A stretch of DNA of 64,000 nt from Stellaceae bacterium (lineage in GTDB: Bacteria; Pseudomonadota; Alphaproteobacteria; ATCC43930; CGMCC-115725): contig DATIXQ010000023.1 of NCBI GenBank assembly GCA_035518375.1, positions 16,037-80,036 of the forward strand, written 5' to 3'. A program made the translations under genes and the position numbers. Position 1 is the first letter of the stretch, and each line of letters opens with the position of its first letter. The notes beneath the pieces are model-generated. The model had not been told where the DNA came from and ran no database searches. It was given only the letters and a program-made list of their open reading frames with translations. Of the stretch, positions 28,840 to 37,397 are shown one piece after another.

Positions 28840-30609
28840 ATGAACCCGCCGTTCGAATTTTCCCGGCGCGGGGCCGATCCGGTCGTGACCGAGATCGTGC
28901 GCAACGGCGTCATTGCCGTGACCGAGGAAATGAAGACGAACCTCATGCGCACGGCCTACAACATGATCATCTACGAGGCCTTGGACTTCACCACCGGCCT
29001 CTTCACGCCGAAGGGCGAGACCGTCTCGATCGGCATCGGGCTCCCGACCTTCATTCGCGGCATGGCCGAGACGATCCGGGCCGAGCTCCGCCATTTCGGG
29101 CCGGACGGGATCGAGCCCGGCGACATCCTCATCACGAATGACGCCTATACGACCGGAAGCCATCTCTATCACATCACGCTGACGCTCCCGATCTTCCACA
29201 AAAAGACGCTCGTCGGATTTTCGTGCTGCATGGCGCACTGGATCGATATCGGCGGCACCATCGGCGGCATCACGACCGACATCTATTCCGAAGGGCTGCA
29301 GGTGCCGTTTCTGAAGCTCTACAAGGCCGGCAAGATCAACCAGGACCTCGTCGATATCATCCGCATGAATGTGCGCATCCCGACGCGCGCCTTGGGCGAT
29401 CTCCGCGCGCAGGTGACGGCGGTAAAGACCGGCGAACGGCGGTTCCTCGAGCTCGTCGAGCGCTATGGCCGCGACGAGGTGGCAGCCGCGATCGCCGCCA
29501 TCATGGACCAGTGCGAGACCAAGGCACGCGAGCGCACGCGCTCTATCCCTAACGGCACCTATGAGGCCGAATCCTACATGGACGACGATGGGATCGATGT
29601 CGGCAAGCGCGTGCCGATCAAGGTCAAAGTGAATGTCGCCGACGACGAAATGACGATCGATCTCAGCGACGTGTCGCAGCAAGTGCGCGGCTTTTTCAAT
29701 TCGGGCGCCACGACGGGACTCGGTTGCACCCAGGTCGCCTATAAATGCGTGACCTCGCCGCGCGACTATCCGATCAATGACGGCTCGTTCCGCAGCCTCA
29801 AGTCGATCGTGCCCGCGGGCCGCGTCGTGAGCGCCACGCGCCCTGCGCCGATGCGGCAATGGATGACCTTTCCGATGACGATCATCGACACGGTCTTCAA
29901 GGCGCTCGCGCCCGCCATCCCCGACCGCGTCATCGCCGGCCATCATGCCGATCTCATGAGCGCCAACATCCACGGTATCGACCCGAAGAAGCGCGAGTTC
30001 TTCATCGGCGGCTTCGGGCCCTTGGGCGGCGGCTGGGGCGCCAAGCGCAGTGAGGACGGCGTCTCCGCCACCGTCTGCCTCAATGACGGCGACACGCACA
30101 ACGCGCCTTGCGAGCAGGTCGAGACGAAGATCCCCGTCGTCGTCGAGCGCCATTCGCTCGTTACGGATTCGGGCGGCGCTGGCAAGCATCGCGGCGGACT
30201 CGGCGTCGAGCGGCTCGTGCGCGTGCTTGCGCCGGTCGTGTGCAACAGCCGTATCGATCGTGTCCATTGCAAGCCGTGGGGGCTCGAGGGCGGCCTCGAT
30301 GCCACCGGCAACGAGCTCGCGGTGAAGCGCAACGGCGTGTGGAAATCGGATTATCCGAACGCCAAGGTCTCATACATCGATTTGAAGCCGGGCGATGCCT
30401 ATAGCATCCGCTCTGGTGGTGGCGGCGGCTATGGGCCGCCGTGGCAGCGCGCGCTCGAGAAGGTGCAGGAGGACGTGCGCCAAGGCTATGTGAGCCTGGA
30501 ACAGGCGGAGAAGCTTTACGGGGTCGTGCTCGACCCCGAGACGCTCGCGCCGAATTTCGCAGCCACCGAGCGGCTCCGCGCCGAGATGAGCCAGGCTGGT
30601 GCCGCATGA
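28840..30609 (+). CDS. hydantoinase B / oxoprolinase family protein (HyuB-like)
   Basis: 589 aa. DPVVTEIVRNGVIAVTEEMKTNLMRTAYNMIIYEALDFTTGLF is the hallmark HyuB N-terminus. C-terminal SGGGGGYGPP. Confidence 0.9.
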   Translation: MNPPFEFSRRGADPVVTEIVRNGVIAVTEEMKTNLMRTAYNMIIYEALDFTTGLFTPKGETVSIGIGLPTFIRGMAETIRAELRHFGPDGIEPGDILITNDAYTTGSHLYHITLTLPIFHKKTLVGFSCCMAHWIDIGGTIGGITTDIYSEGLQVPFLKLYKAGKINQDLVDIIRMNVRIPTRALGDLRAQVTAVKTGERRFLELVERYGRDEVAAAIAAIMDQCETKARERTRSIPNGTYEAESYMDDDGIDVGKRVPIKVKVNVADDEMTIDLSDVSQQVRGFFNSGATTGLGCTQVAYKCVTSPRDYPINDGSFRSLKSIVPAGRVVSATRPAPMRQWMTFPMTIIDTVFKALAPAIPDRVIAGHHADLMSANIHGIDPKKREFFIGGFGPLGGGWGAKRSEDGVSATVCLNDGDTHNAPCEQVETKIPVVVERHSLVTDSGGAGKHRGGLGVERLVRVLAPVVCNSRIDRVHCKPWGLEGGLDATGNELAVKRNGVWKSDYPNAKVSYIDLKPGDAYSIRSGGGGGYGPPWQRALEKVQEDVRQGYVSLEQAEKLYGVVLDPETLAPNFAATERLRAEMSQAGAA

Positions 30610-31697
30610 GCCTCCTGCTCGAGCCCATCCGGATCGGACCGTTCGCGCTTCGGAATCGCGTGGTCATGGCGCCGATGCAGCGCGCACGCAACGACGCCGA
30701 GCGCGTGCCGACCGACATTATGTGCCAATACTATGTCCAGCGCGCATCAATGGGGCTCCTCATCTCGGAAGCCTCGAGCGTATCGCCCATTAGCGTCGGG
30801 CGCCCCGGCGCGGCCGCGATCTTCCGCGACGCGCAAGCCGCGGGTTGGTCGCGCGTCGCCGCTGCTGTCCACGCGGCGGGCGCCACCATGTTCCAGCAGC
30901 TCTATCACCTCGGCCGCAAATCCGATCCCTCGCGCATGCCGGCGGGCGAGACGCCGGTCTCGGCTTCGGCCGTGCCGGCGAAGGGTCAGGTGAATGGCGT
31001 CAATGGCCCGGTCGAGTTCGCGACGCCGCGCCCGCTTGCAACCGACGAGGTCGCGGGCGTTGTTGCTCAGTTCCGCGCGGCCGCGCGCAACGCGCGCGCG
31101 GCCGGCATGGACGGGATCGAGATCCACGGCGCCAACGGCTACCTCATCATGCAGTTCCTCTGCGATGTCACCAACAAGCGCACCGATCGCTATGGCGGCA
31201 GCATCGCCAACCGCGTGCGGTTCTTGCAGGAGATCGTGGCAGCCATTACCGAGGAGGTGGGAAAGGATCGGCTTGGCGTGCGCATCTCGCCGCATTTCCG
31301 CACTGACGGCATCGGCGACAGTGACGCACCCGCGCTTTTTCTCCATGTCGCGGCGATGTTAAAGGAACAGGGCGTGGCCTATCTCCACGTCATTGAGGCA
31401 GACCATCCTGGCACCGGGCAGTCGCCGCCGGACGGCATGCGGCGGCTTGCCCCGGAGCTGCGCCGCGCCTTCGGCGGGCCCACGATCGTCAATGGCGGCT
31501 ATACGCTCGAAAGTGCCGAGCGCGCGCTCGCCGCCGGCGCGGCCGATGCCGTGTCCTTCGCTGCGCTCGCGATCGCCAATCCCGATTTGCCAGACCGGCT
31601 CCGCCGCAGTGCTGGGCTCAACAAGCCCGACCAAGCGACCTTCTACGACGGCGGCGCCAAGGGCTATATTGACTATCCGGCGCTAGCGCCGGCCTGA
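30606..31697 (+). CDS. Old Yellow Enzyme family NADH:flavin oxidoreductase (alkene reductase-like)
   Basis: ORF 30441..31697 trimmed to ATG at 30606 (ATGA overlap with the hyuB stop). LRNRVVMAPMQR, GFDGIEIHGANGYLIMQFL-type motif (MDGIEIHGANGYLIMQFL), TNKRTDRYGGS. Confidence 0.9.
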   Translation: MSLLLEPIRIGPFALRNRVVMAPMQRARNDAERVPTDIMCQYYVQRASMGLLISEASSVSPISVGRPGAAAIFRDAQAAGWSRVAAAVHAAGATMFQQLYHLGRKSDPSRMPAGETPVSASAVPAKGQVNGVNGPVEFATPRPLATDEVAGVVAQFRAAARNARAAGMDGIEIHGANGYLIMQFLCDVTNKRTDRYGGSIANRVRFLQEIVAAITEEVGKDRLGVRISPHFRTDGIGDSDAPALFLHVAAMLKEQGVAYLHVIEADHPGTGQSPPDGMRRLAPELRRAFGGPTIVNGGYTLESAERALAAGAADAVSFAALAIANPDLPDRLRRSAGLNKPDQATFYDGGAKGYIDYPALAPA

Positions 31698-32719
31698 GCC
31701 ATGGCCTGAACTGCGGCGCTTTCGCGCAGCGGGCGGCAGTTGGCGATGAACTGCGCCGCACTCTTCTGCCACGAGCGCGCGAGGGCGAACTCGCGGCATT
31801 GAGCACGCGAGAGCGCGAGCGCCTTCACGCAAGCCGCGCGCAAATCCTCGTCGAGGATGCCGACAGGATGGTCGTCGATCACGTCCTTCGGCCCCATCAC
31901 AGGATAGGCCGCCACGGGGACGCCGCAAGCAAGCGCCTCGAGCTGCACGATGCCGAACGTGTCGGTACGGCTCGGGAAGACAAAGACGTCGGCAGCGGCG
32001 ATATGTGCGGCCAGTGTCTCGCCCTCGAGCGTGCCGAGAAAATGCGCGCGAGGGAAGCGGCGCTCGAGTTCGGCGCGCTGCGGACCATCGCCGATCACGA
32101 CCTTCGAGCCAGGAAGGTCGAGCCCGAGGAAGGACGGCAGGTTCTTCTCGACTGCGACACGGCCGACGCTGAGGAAGATCGGCCGCGGCAACTCGAGCGC
32201 CGCGGCGCGCTCGGGCGCGAATAGCTCGGTGTCGACCCCGCGCGTCCACATGACGAGATTGCGGAAGCCGCGGGCCGTAAGCTCCTCGCGCAGCGAAGCG
32301 GTGGAGATCATCGTCGCGCGCGCCGCCGCATGGAAGCGGCGCAGCACCGCATAGCTCCACGAATCCGGAATCGGCACGCGCGCGGAGATGTATTCCGGAA
32401 ATTTCGTCATGAAGCTCGTGGTGAAGGAGAGGCCGTTCTTCATGCAATAGCGCCGCGCGTAGACGCCGATCGGGCCTTCGGTGGCAATGTGGAGGCAATC
32501 GGGCGCGGCGTGCTCGATGCGGCGGGCAATCTCGCGCGCGGTGGGGATCGCGAGACGCACGCTCGAGTACGTCGGCAGTGCGAAGGAGGGAAACCCTTCG
32601 GGCGTGAGGAACTGGATCTCGGTGCCGAGCCGCCGCGCCTGCGCGGCCAATGACTCGAGGCTGCGCACGACGCCGTTCACTTGCGGATACCACGCGTCGG
32701 TGGCGATGAGGATGCGCAT
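31673..32719 (-). CDS. GT4 glycosyltransferase, SqdX/SQD2/Agt-like (probable lipid glycosyltransferase)
   Basis: MRILIATDAWYPQVNGVVRSL, WTRGVDTELFAP, VGRVAVEKNL and FVFPSRTDTFGIVQLEALACGVPV follow the layout of SqdX/SQD2-type enzymes as I remember them. The 3' end overlaps the OYE gene's 3' end by 25 nt. Confidence 0.75.
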   Translation of the reverse strand: MRILIATDAWYPQVNGVVRSLESLAAQARRLGTEIQFLTPEGFPSFALPTYSSVRLAIPTAREIARRIEHAAPDCLHIATEGPIGVYARRYCMKNGLSFTTSFMTKFPEYISARVPIPDSWSYAVLRRFHAAARATMISTASLREELTARGFRNLVMWTRGVDTELFAPERAAALELPRPIFLSVGRVAVEKNLPSFLGLDLPGSKVVIGDGPQRAELERRFPRAHFLGTLEGETLAAHIAAADVFVFPSRTDTFGIVQLEALACGVPVAAYPVMGPKDVIDDHPVGILDEDLRAACVKALALSRAQCREFALARSWQKSAAQFIANCRPLRESAAVQAMAQAGASAG

Positions 32720-33535
32720 TTACGTCTTCCTCAGCAGCGGGCGGCCCATTCGAATCGCGGCGCCCTCGCGCACACCGTCGCAGAGCGCAAAGTGATCGGG
32801 CGCCAAAACGATGATGGTCGAGCCGTGCTCAAACCAACCCATCTCTTCGCCCTTGTCGTAGGACGCGCGGGCGTGAAGGCGGATGCCGGCGACGAGAATC
32901 GCCGCGACCGGCACGAGCGTCAGCCTGGCTTCGCACTCCTTGAGAGCGCATTCGACAACGGCGCGCTCGTTGCGGCAGAACAGCTTTTCGATCCGCCGCA
33001 CCGCGATGGGGTTGACGTTCCACGCATCCCCCGCGATCCGCGTCACGCGGCGGACGACCAAGTCGCCGGGCGCGTGAAAGCGGTGATACATGCTCGCGGT
33101 AAGCCGAAGTGTGACGAACCGCCCGCCGGCATAGCTTTCGGCGAGCGCCGAATCGTGGACTAGCTCGGCGAGCGTGTAGGTCAGCCCTTTCGCCTGGATG
33201 AGGGTGCTGCCGGCGATTGCGCCACAGGTGCCGACGAGCGCGTCGCATGGACTCGTCAGGATTGCGGGATCGGGCTCGATGGGCCGCGCGCCCTCTTTCA
33301 GGCGCCGGGTGAAGCAGGCGTGGAGGCTCGCAAAGCGCGACTCAGCCGAGTCGCTCAAGTCGAGATCGGCGAAGAGTCGCCAGAACCCGATACCAGCGCG
33401 GGCCAAGAGCGGGTTTTCGATTCGGCTTAGATGTCCGAACAGGCGAGTCGCGAGGCGGCGCGGGATGCGGTTCGTGAGGAGGAAGTTTAATTCCTCGAGC
33501 AGCGAAATTTTCGCGCTCGGCGCGGCTTCTGTCAT
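32720..33535 (-). CDS. phosphatidylserine decarboxylase-family proenzyme (long, type-I-like)
   Basis: 271 aa. LTNRIPRRLATRLFG, SPCDALV, RLTASMYHRFHAPGD, NERAV and the self-cleavage motif GWFEHGST. Its stop codon abuts the GT4 start. Confidence 0.8.
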   Translation of the reverse strand: MTEAAPSAKISLLEELNFLLTNRIPRRLATRLFGHLSRIENPLLARAGIGFWRLFADLDLSDSAESRFASLHACFTRRLKEGARPIEPDPAILTSPCDALVGTCGAIAGSTLIQAKGLTYTLAELVHDSALAESYAGGRFVTLRLTASMYHRFHAPGDLVVRRVTRIAGDAWNVNPIAVRRIEKLFCRNERAVVECALKECEARLTLVPVAAILVAGIRLHARASYDKGEEMGWFEHGSTIIVLAPDHFALCDGVREGAAIRMGRPLLRKT

Positions 33536-33570
33536 CGGTTTGTAAAACTCGGCGCGTAAGGGGGTGGGTC

Positions 33571-35250
33571 ATGGAGCCCGAAATCTTGGCGGCTTCGGCC
33601 GCCCTCGGCGCGCTGGCGCTCATGGCGTCGGCGCCGAAACTCGTGTCGCGCCTCGAACTCTCGCGCGCAAAGCACGCTTCTCTCGGCGGCCATGCGCGCA
33701 TCGCCGCGCGCGTCGCCTCGCTCGTGCCCTCCTATCACTACGAGGGCGAGCGGTTCTTCGCCGTCGACGAGGCGCCTGAAGAGGCTGCCGCCGCGCGCCG
33801 CGCCGACTTCGAACGTCTCGGCGCGTTCTTTCGCACGCGCCAGCCGAAAACGCTCGCGCTCTCGGCCGAGGCGCTGCCCTTCATTTCGGACATGCAGTTC
33901 ACGGCCGCCTATCGCGTGCCGTTCCAATTCAGCCGCTTCGCGCGGCGTCATCTGCCAATGGGCTCCTTCTTCGCCTCGTCCGAAGGCGTCACCGTCACCG
34001 ACCTCGACGGCAACCGCTTCTACGACCTCACCGGCTCTTACGGCGTCAATCTCTTCGGCAGCGATTTCTATAAAGACTGCATCGACCGCGCGGTGGCACG
34101 AGCGCGTGAGCTTGGTCCTGTTCTCGGCCTCTATCACCCTGTCGTCGCCGAGAATGCGCAGCGCATCGCGCGGCTCGCGGGCATGGACGAAGTGTCGTTC
34201 CACATGTCGGGTACCGAGGCCGTCATGCAGGCGGTGCGGCTTGCGCGCTATCACACTCGGCGCTCGCATCTGGTTCGCTTCTGCGGCGCCTATCACGGCT
34301 GGTGGGGTGACGTGCAGCCCGGCGTTGGCAATCCGGTTCGCGCACGGCAGACCTACACGCTCGAGGAAATGTCGGAGCATTCGCTCCGCGTCTTGCGGCG
34401 GCGGCGCGATATCGCCTGCGTGCTCGTGAACCCGCTCCAGGCGCTCCATCCGAACGGCGCGCCGCCGACGGATTCGACGCTCGTCGACAGCGGGCGCTCC
34501 GCCCATTTCGACCGCGCCGCCTATGCGACATGGCTCAAGCGCCTGCGCGAGGTGTGCAGCGAGCGCGGTATTGTGCTGATCTTCGACGAGGTGTTCTTGG
34601 GGTTCCGCGTGGCATCCGGCGGCGCCCAGGAATATTTCGGCGTCGCGGCCGATCTCGTTACTTATGGCAAAAGCCTCGGCGGGGGCCTGCCGGTCGGCGT
34701 CGTCGCCGGCAAGAGCCACCTCATGAAGCGCTTCCGTGACGACCGGCCCGCCGACATCTGCTTCGCGCGCGGCACGTTCAATTCGCATCCCTACGTCATG
34801 GCGGCGATGAACGAGTTCCTGCGCCGACTCGAGACGCCCGAAATTCAAAGGCTCTATGACGGGCTCGACGAGACCTGGAACGATCGTGCTGAACGGCTCA
34901 ACCGCCGCCTTGCCGAAGCGTGCGTGCCGGTGCGCGTCAGGAACCTCTCGTCGATTTGGACCGTGCTCTACACCGAGCCATCGCCCTACAACTGGATGTT
35001 CCAATACTACCTGCGCGCGGAGGGGCTCGCGCTCTCCTGGGTCGGCACCGGCCGGTTGATCTTCAGCCTCGACTATACGGAAGAGGATTTTGCCGCCGTC
35101 GCCGATGCTTTCGTCAGGGCCGGCGAGGCGATGCGGCGCGCACAATGGTGGTGGCACGATGCGCGCGCCAGCAACAAGGGAATCAAGCGCCGCATCCTGC
35201 GCGAGATGATGGCGCATCGTTTCCGCGGCGCCGGCCGCAACGCGGCCTAG
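33571..35250 (+). CDS. class-III (GSA-aminomutase-like) PLP aminotransferase with an N-terminal extension of about 130 aa
   Basis: 559 aa. VTDLDGNRFYDLTGSYGVNLFG, SFHMSGTEAVMQAVRLAR, LIFDEVFLGFR, PLP-lysine context TYGKSLGGGLPVG. The first 130 aa or so have no motif I recognise. Confidence 0.8.
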   Translation: MEPEILAASAALGALALMASAPKLVSRLELSRAKHASLGGHARIAARVASLVPSYHYEGERFFAVDEAPEEAAAARRADFERLGAFFRTRQPKTLALSAEALPFISDMQFTAAYRVPFQFSRFARRHLPMGSFFASSEGVTVTDLDGNRFYDLTGSYGVNLFGSDFYKDCIDRAVARARELGPVLGLYHPVVAENAQRIARLAGMDEVSFHMSGTEAVMQAVRLARYHTRRSHLVRFCGAYHGWWGDVQPGVGNPVRARQTYTLEEMSEHSLRVLRRRRDIACVLVNPLQALHPNGAPPTDSTLVDSGRSAHFDRAAYATWLKRLREVCSERGIVLIFDEVFLGFRVASGGAQEYFGVAADLVTYGKSLGGGLPVGVVAGKSHLMKRFRDDRPADICFARGTFNSHPYVMAAMNEFLRRLETPEIQRLYDGLDETWNDRAERLNRRLAEACVPVRVRNLSSIWTVLYTEPSPYNWMFQYYLRAEGLALSWVGTGRLIFSLDYTEEDFAAVADAFVRAGEAMRRAQWWWHDARASNKGIKRRILREMMAHRFRGAGRNAA

Positions 35251-35882
35251 CCGCGCCCTTCGAGCGCAACGTCGTCGTCGAGGCCATCGTCGTCGCGGTC
35301 GAGCCAGCGCCGCAGCAGCTCGAGCGGCGCGCGGTGGTAGAGCTTGATGTCGTGCAGCGGGTCGGTGAGGATTTTCGTAAACCACACGAGGCCGGTCTGC
35401 ACGTCGCGCAGGAAGAAGAGCTGCACCGTGCGGAAGATGAGGCCGCCGAAGCCGATGGCAAGCCACAGCTGTCCCACCTCGCGCATGAAGCCCGCGAGGC
35501 CCGGACCGCTGCGCGGCTTCAAAAGGCCGAAGAGCGACGGCTCGAGATAGAGCACGACGGGCGAAAGCGCCCAGATCGCCATCAAAACGACCTTGCGGCG
35601 CAGGTTGTAGCCGACCTTGATCTCTTCCTTGTATTCGTGCGTCGCCTGGTTCACCTCGTCAAAGCCCTTGGGCTCGAAGAAGAAGTGGCCGCACTGGCGG
35701 CTCGTCATGGCAATCACCCAGGCGATGATCGCGGCCCAGGCCGGGCTCCAGTACAGCACGAGATAGGCGGAAAGGAAGGTCGTCGCGCTCAGGAAATGGA
35801 GCGATTGATTGACGAGGCTGTGATGGTAGTAGCGATGGTCGTCCCAGCGCTGGATACGCAGCACTTCCATGAAACCGTGCAT
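35247..35882 (-). CDS. Mpo1-like / DUF962 family membrane protein
   Basis: ORF 35247..36104 trimmed to ATG at 35882 (MHGFMEVLRIQRWDDHRYYHHSLVNQSLHFL...). His motifs YYHHSLVNQSLH and RQCGHFFFEP parallel the yeast Mpo1 motifs YHHNPKNVLIH and VGHGVFE. 4-5 TM segments and an acidic tail. Confidence 0.6.
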   Translation of the reverse strand: MHGFMEVLRIQRWDDHRYYHHSLVNQSLHFLSATTFLSAYLVLYWSPAWAAIIAWVIAMTSRQCGHFFFEPKGFDEVNQATHEYKEEIKVGYNLRRKVVLMAIWALSPVVLYLEPSLFGLLKPRSGPGLAGFMREVGQLWLAIGFGGLIFRTVQLFFLRDVQTGLVWFTKILTDPLHDIKLYHRAPLELLRRWLDRDDDGLDDDVALEGRG

Positions 35883-35898
35883 GGGCTTCTCGCCTTTC

Positions 35899-36546
35899 TT
35901 AGAGGGACGGTGATTTGCGGAACCGGACAAGGGAAAAATGACCAAGCGGAGGCATGGCACGACGCTCGACGAGACGCATGTCGGGCCGCCGCTTGGCCCA
36001 GCGCGCGAAGCGCTCCCACGGAAACTCGGTGCGCCAGCCGAGACGGCGGACGACGGGCTGGAGCATCCGCTCGACGACGCGACGCGGACCCGACTCGGCG
36101 CCAATGCGGCTCAGGATGACGATCTCGCCGCCGGGGCGGAGCGCGCGCGCGAACTCGTCGAGCGCCGCTTCGGGGTTGGGCACGGCCGAAACGACGTAGT
36201 GCGCCACCACGACATCGAACGAGGCGTCGGCGAAGGCCAAATGCTCGGCGTCCATCACTTCGAGGCGCTCGACGTTGTCGAGGCCGCGTCGGGCGGCCCG
36301 CGCGCGGGCCTTCTTAAGCATCCCTTCGGAGAGGTCGATGCCGACGATGCGGCAGTGCGCGGAGTAGCCGGGCAGCGAGATGCCGGTGCCGACGCCGACT
36401 TCAAGGATGCGGCCGCCCACCTGCTCGGCTGCGGCGATCGCTGCGCGCCGGCCGGGGGCGAAGATAGGGCCGAAAAAGAGATCGTAGACGGGAGCCCAAC
36501 GGGTATAGGCCTTGGCGACGCTGATGGTGTCGAGCTCTGCCGTCAT
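35899..36546 (-). CDS. class I SAM-dependent methyltransferase, Rhodobacter-type phospholipid N-methyltransferase (Pmt)-like
   Basis: AKAYTRWAPVYDLFFGPIFAPGRRAAI...ILEVGVGTGISLP, then the type-11 methyltransferase core. Resembles the UbiE-like PmtA class as I recall it; substrate not proven. Confidence 0.7.
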   Translation of the reverse strand: MTAELDTISVAKAYTRWAPVYDLFFGPIFAPGRRAAIAAAEQVGGRILEVGVGTGISLPGYSAHCRIVGIDLSEGMLKKARARAARRGLDNVERLEVMDAEHLAFADASFDVVVAHYVVSAVPNPEAALDEFARALRPGGEIVILSRIGAESGPRRVVERMLQPVVRRLGWRTEFPWERFARWAKRRPDMRLVERRAMPPLGHFSLVRFRKSPSL

Positions 36547-36636
36547 ACCCCGTGCCGTAGCCTCGTACCGTGATTGTGGCGCTGGCGTTGCAGCAACGTG
36601 GCGAGAAAACTAGTCGCGGACGATTGCAGTTGTGTG

Positions 36637-36749
36637 AAACGGGCGTGCGGCGAAACGCGCAGCGCCCGTTTGCGCATGAACCGCACACACGCGACAGTCC
36701 ATCGCGCGAGTCGCCCCGGCGACTCGCGGGGTCTCGTGCCGCGACGAGA
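36637..36749. promoter_or_regulatory. three GC-rich hairpins/palindromes in a divergent intergenic region
   Basis: aaacgggcg...cgcccgttt (36637-36671). cgcgagtcgcc-cc-ggcgactcgcg (36705-36728, 11-bp arms). tctcgt-gccgcg-acgaga (36732-36749). The structures are seen directly; their function is unknown. Confidence 0.4.
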
Positions 36750-36793
36750 GGTGGAATAGCATCGCCCATCTTCCTCCAAAGGCGGTAGCGGAG

Positions 36794-37372
36794 ATGATGA
36801 TCGGACGGATCGGAATGCATGCGGCGGCCGTGGTATGCGCGGTCGCGACGAGCGCCACTGCGGCGGAAGTGCTGCCCTTCACGTTGAGTTCGCCCGCCTT
36901 CAAAGACGGCGCGGTGCTGCCGCTCGAATACGCCGGCGGCAAGCAATGCGGTGCCGCGAGCAAGGGCGGTGACATCTCGCCACCGCTCGCCTGGGCGCAT
37001 GCGCCGGCGGGCACTAAGAGCTTCGCCATCGTGATGATCGATCCCGACGGACGGCGCGGGCTCGGCTCGGTGCATTGGGTGGCATACGGCATCGCGCCCT
37101 CTCACACGGGCGTAAAGGCTGGCGAAGGCGGCAGCGCCGCGCCGGCGAAGGACATCGTCGAGGGCAAGAACTCGCGCGGCTCGGTCGGATATATCGGCCC
37201 GTGCGGGCCGCCGCAGGACGCGCCGCACCATTACGTGATCGGCGTGCTGGCCCTTGATCTCGCGCCCGATGCGCTGCCCGCGGGGCTCGACCGCGACGCT
37301 TTATTCAAGGCGATCTCCGGGCACAGCCTCGGCCCCGCGAGCCTCGTCGTGCGCTATCGGCGCGAAGAATAA
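36794..37372 (+). CDS. YbhB/YbcL family Raf-kinase-inhibitor-like (PEBP) protein, secreted
   Basis: Signal peptide, then SPAFKDGAVLP, SPPLAW, FAIVMIDPD and HHYVIGVLALD: PEBP hallmarks. Confidence 0.85.
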   Translation: MMIGRIGMHAAAVVCAVATSATAAEVLPFTLSSPAFKDGAVLPLEYAGGKQCGAASKGGDISPPLAWAHAPAGTKSFAIVMIDPDGRRGLGSVHWVAYGIAPSHTGVKAGEGGSAAPAKDIVEGKNSRGSVGYIGPCGPPQDAPHHYVIGVLALDLAPDALPAGLDRDALFKAISGHSLGPASLVVRYRREE

Positions 37373-37397
37373 ACGAGCGATCCAGAAAAATCGGGCC

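Noticed and set aside
21352-30267. Other long shadow ORFs in this interval: 21352..22710(-), 23906..25129(-), 25187..26455(-), 26043..26852(-), 26750..27727(-), 28759..30267(-)
   Set aside because: Each is antisense or out of frame to a gene with clear family motifs (LLM, amidohydrolase, AI-2E, GDO, HyuB). All have Arg/Ala/Asp/His-rich low-complexity products.
33532-35466. 644-aa minus-strand ORF
   Set aside because: It is antisense to the class-III aminotransferase, which has a clear PLP-enzyme sequence. The product is Arg/Ala/Glu-rich with no recognisable domain.
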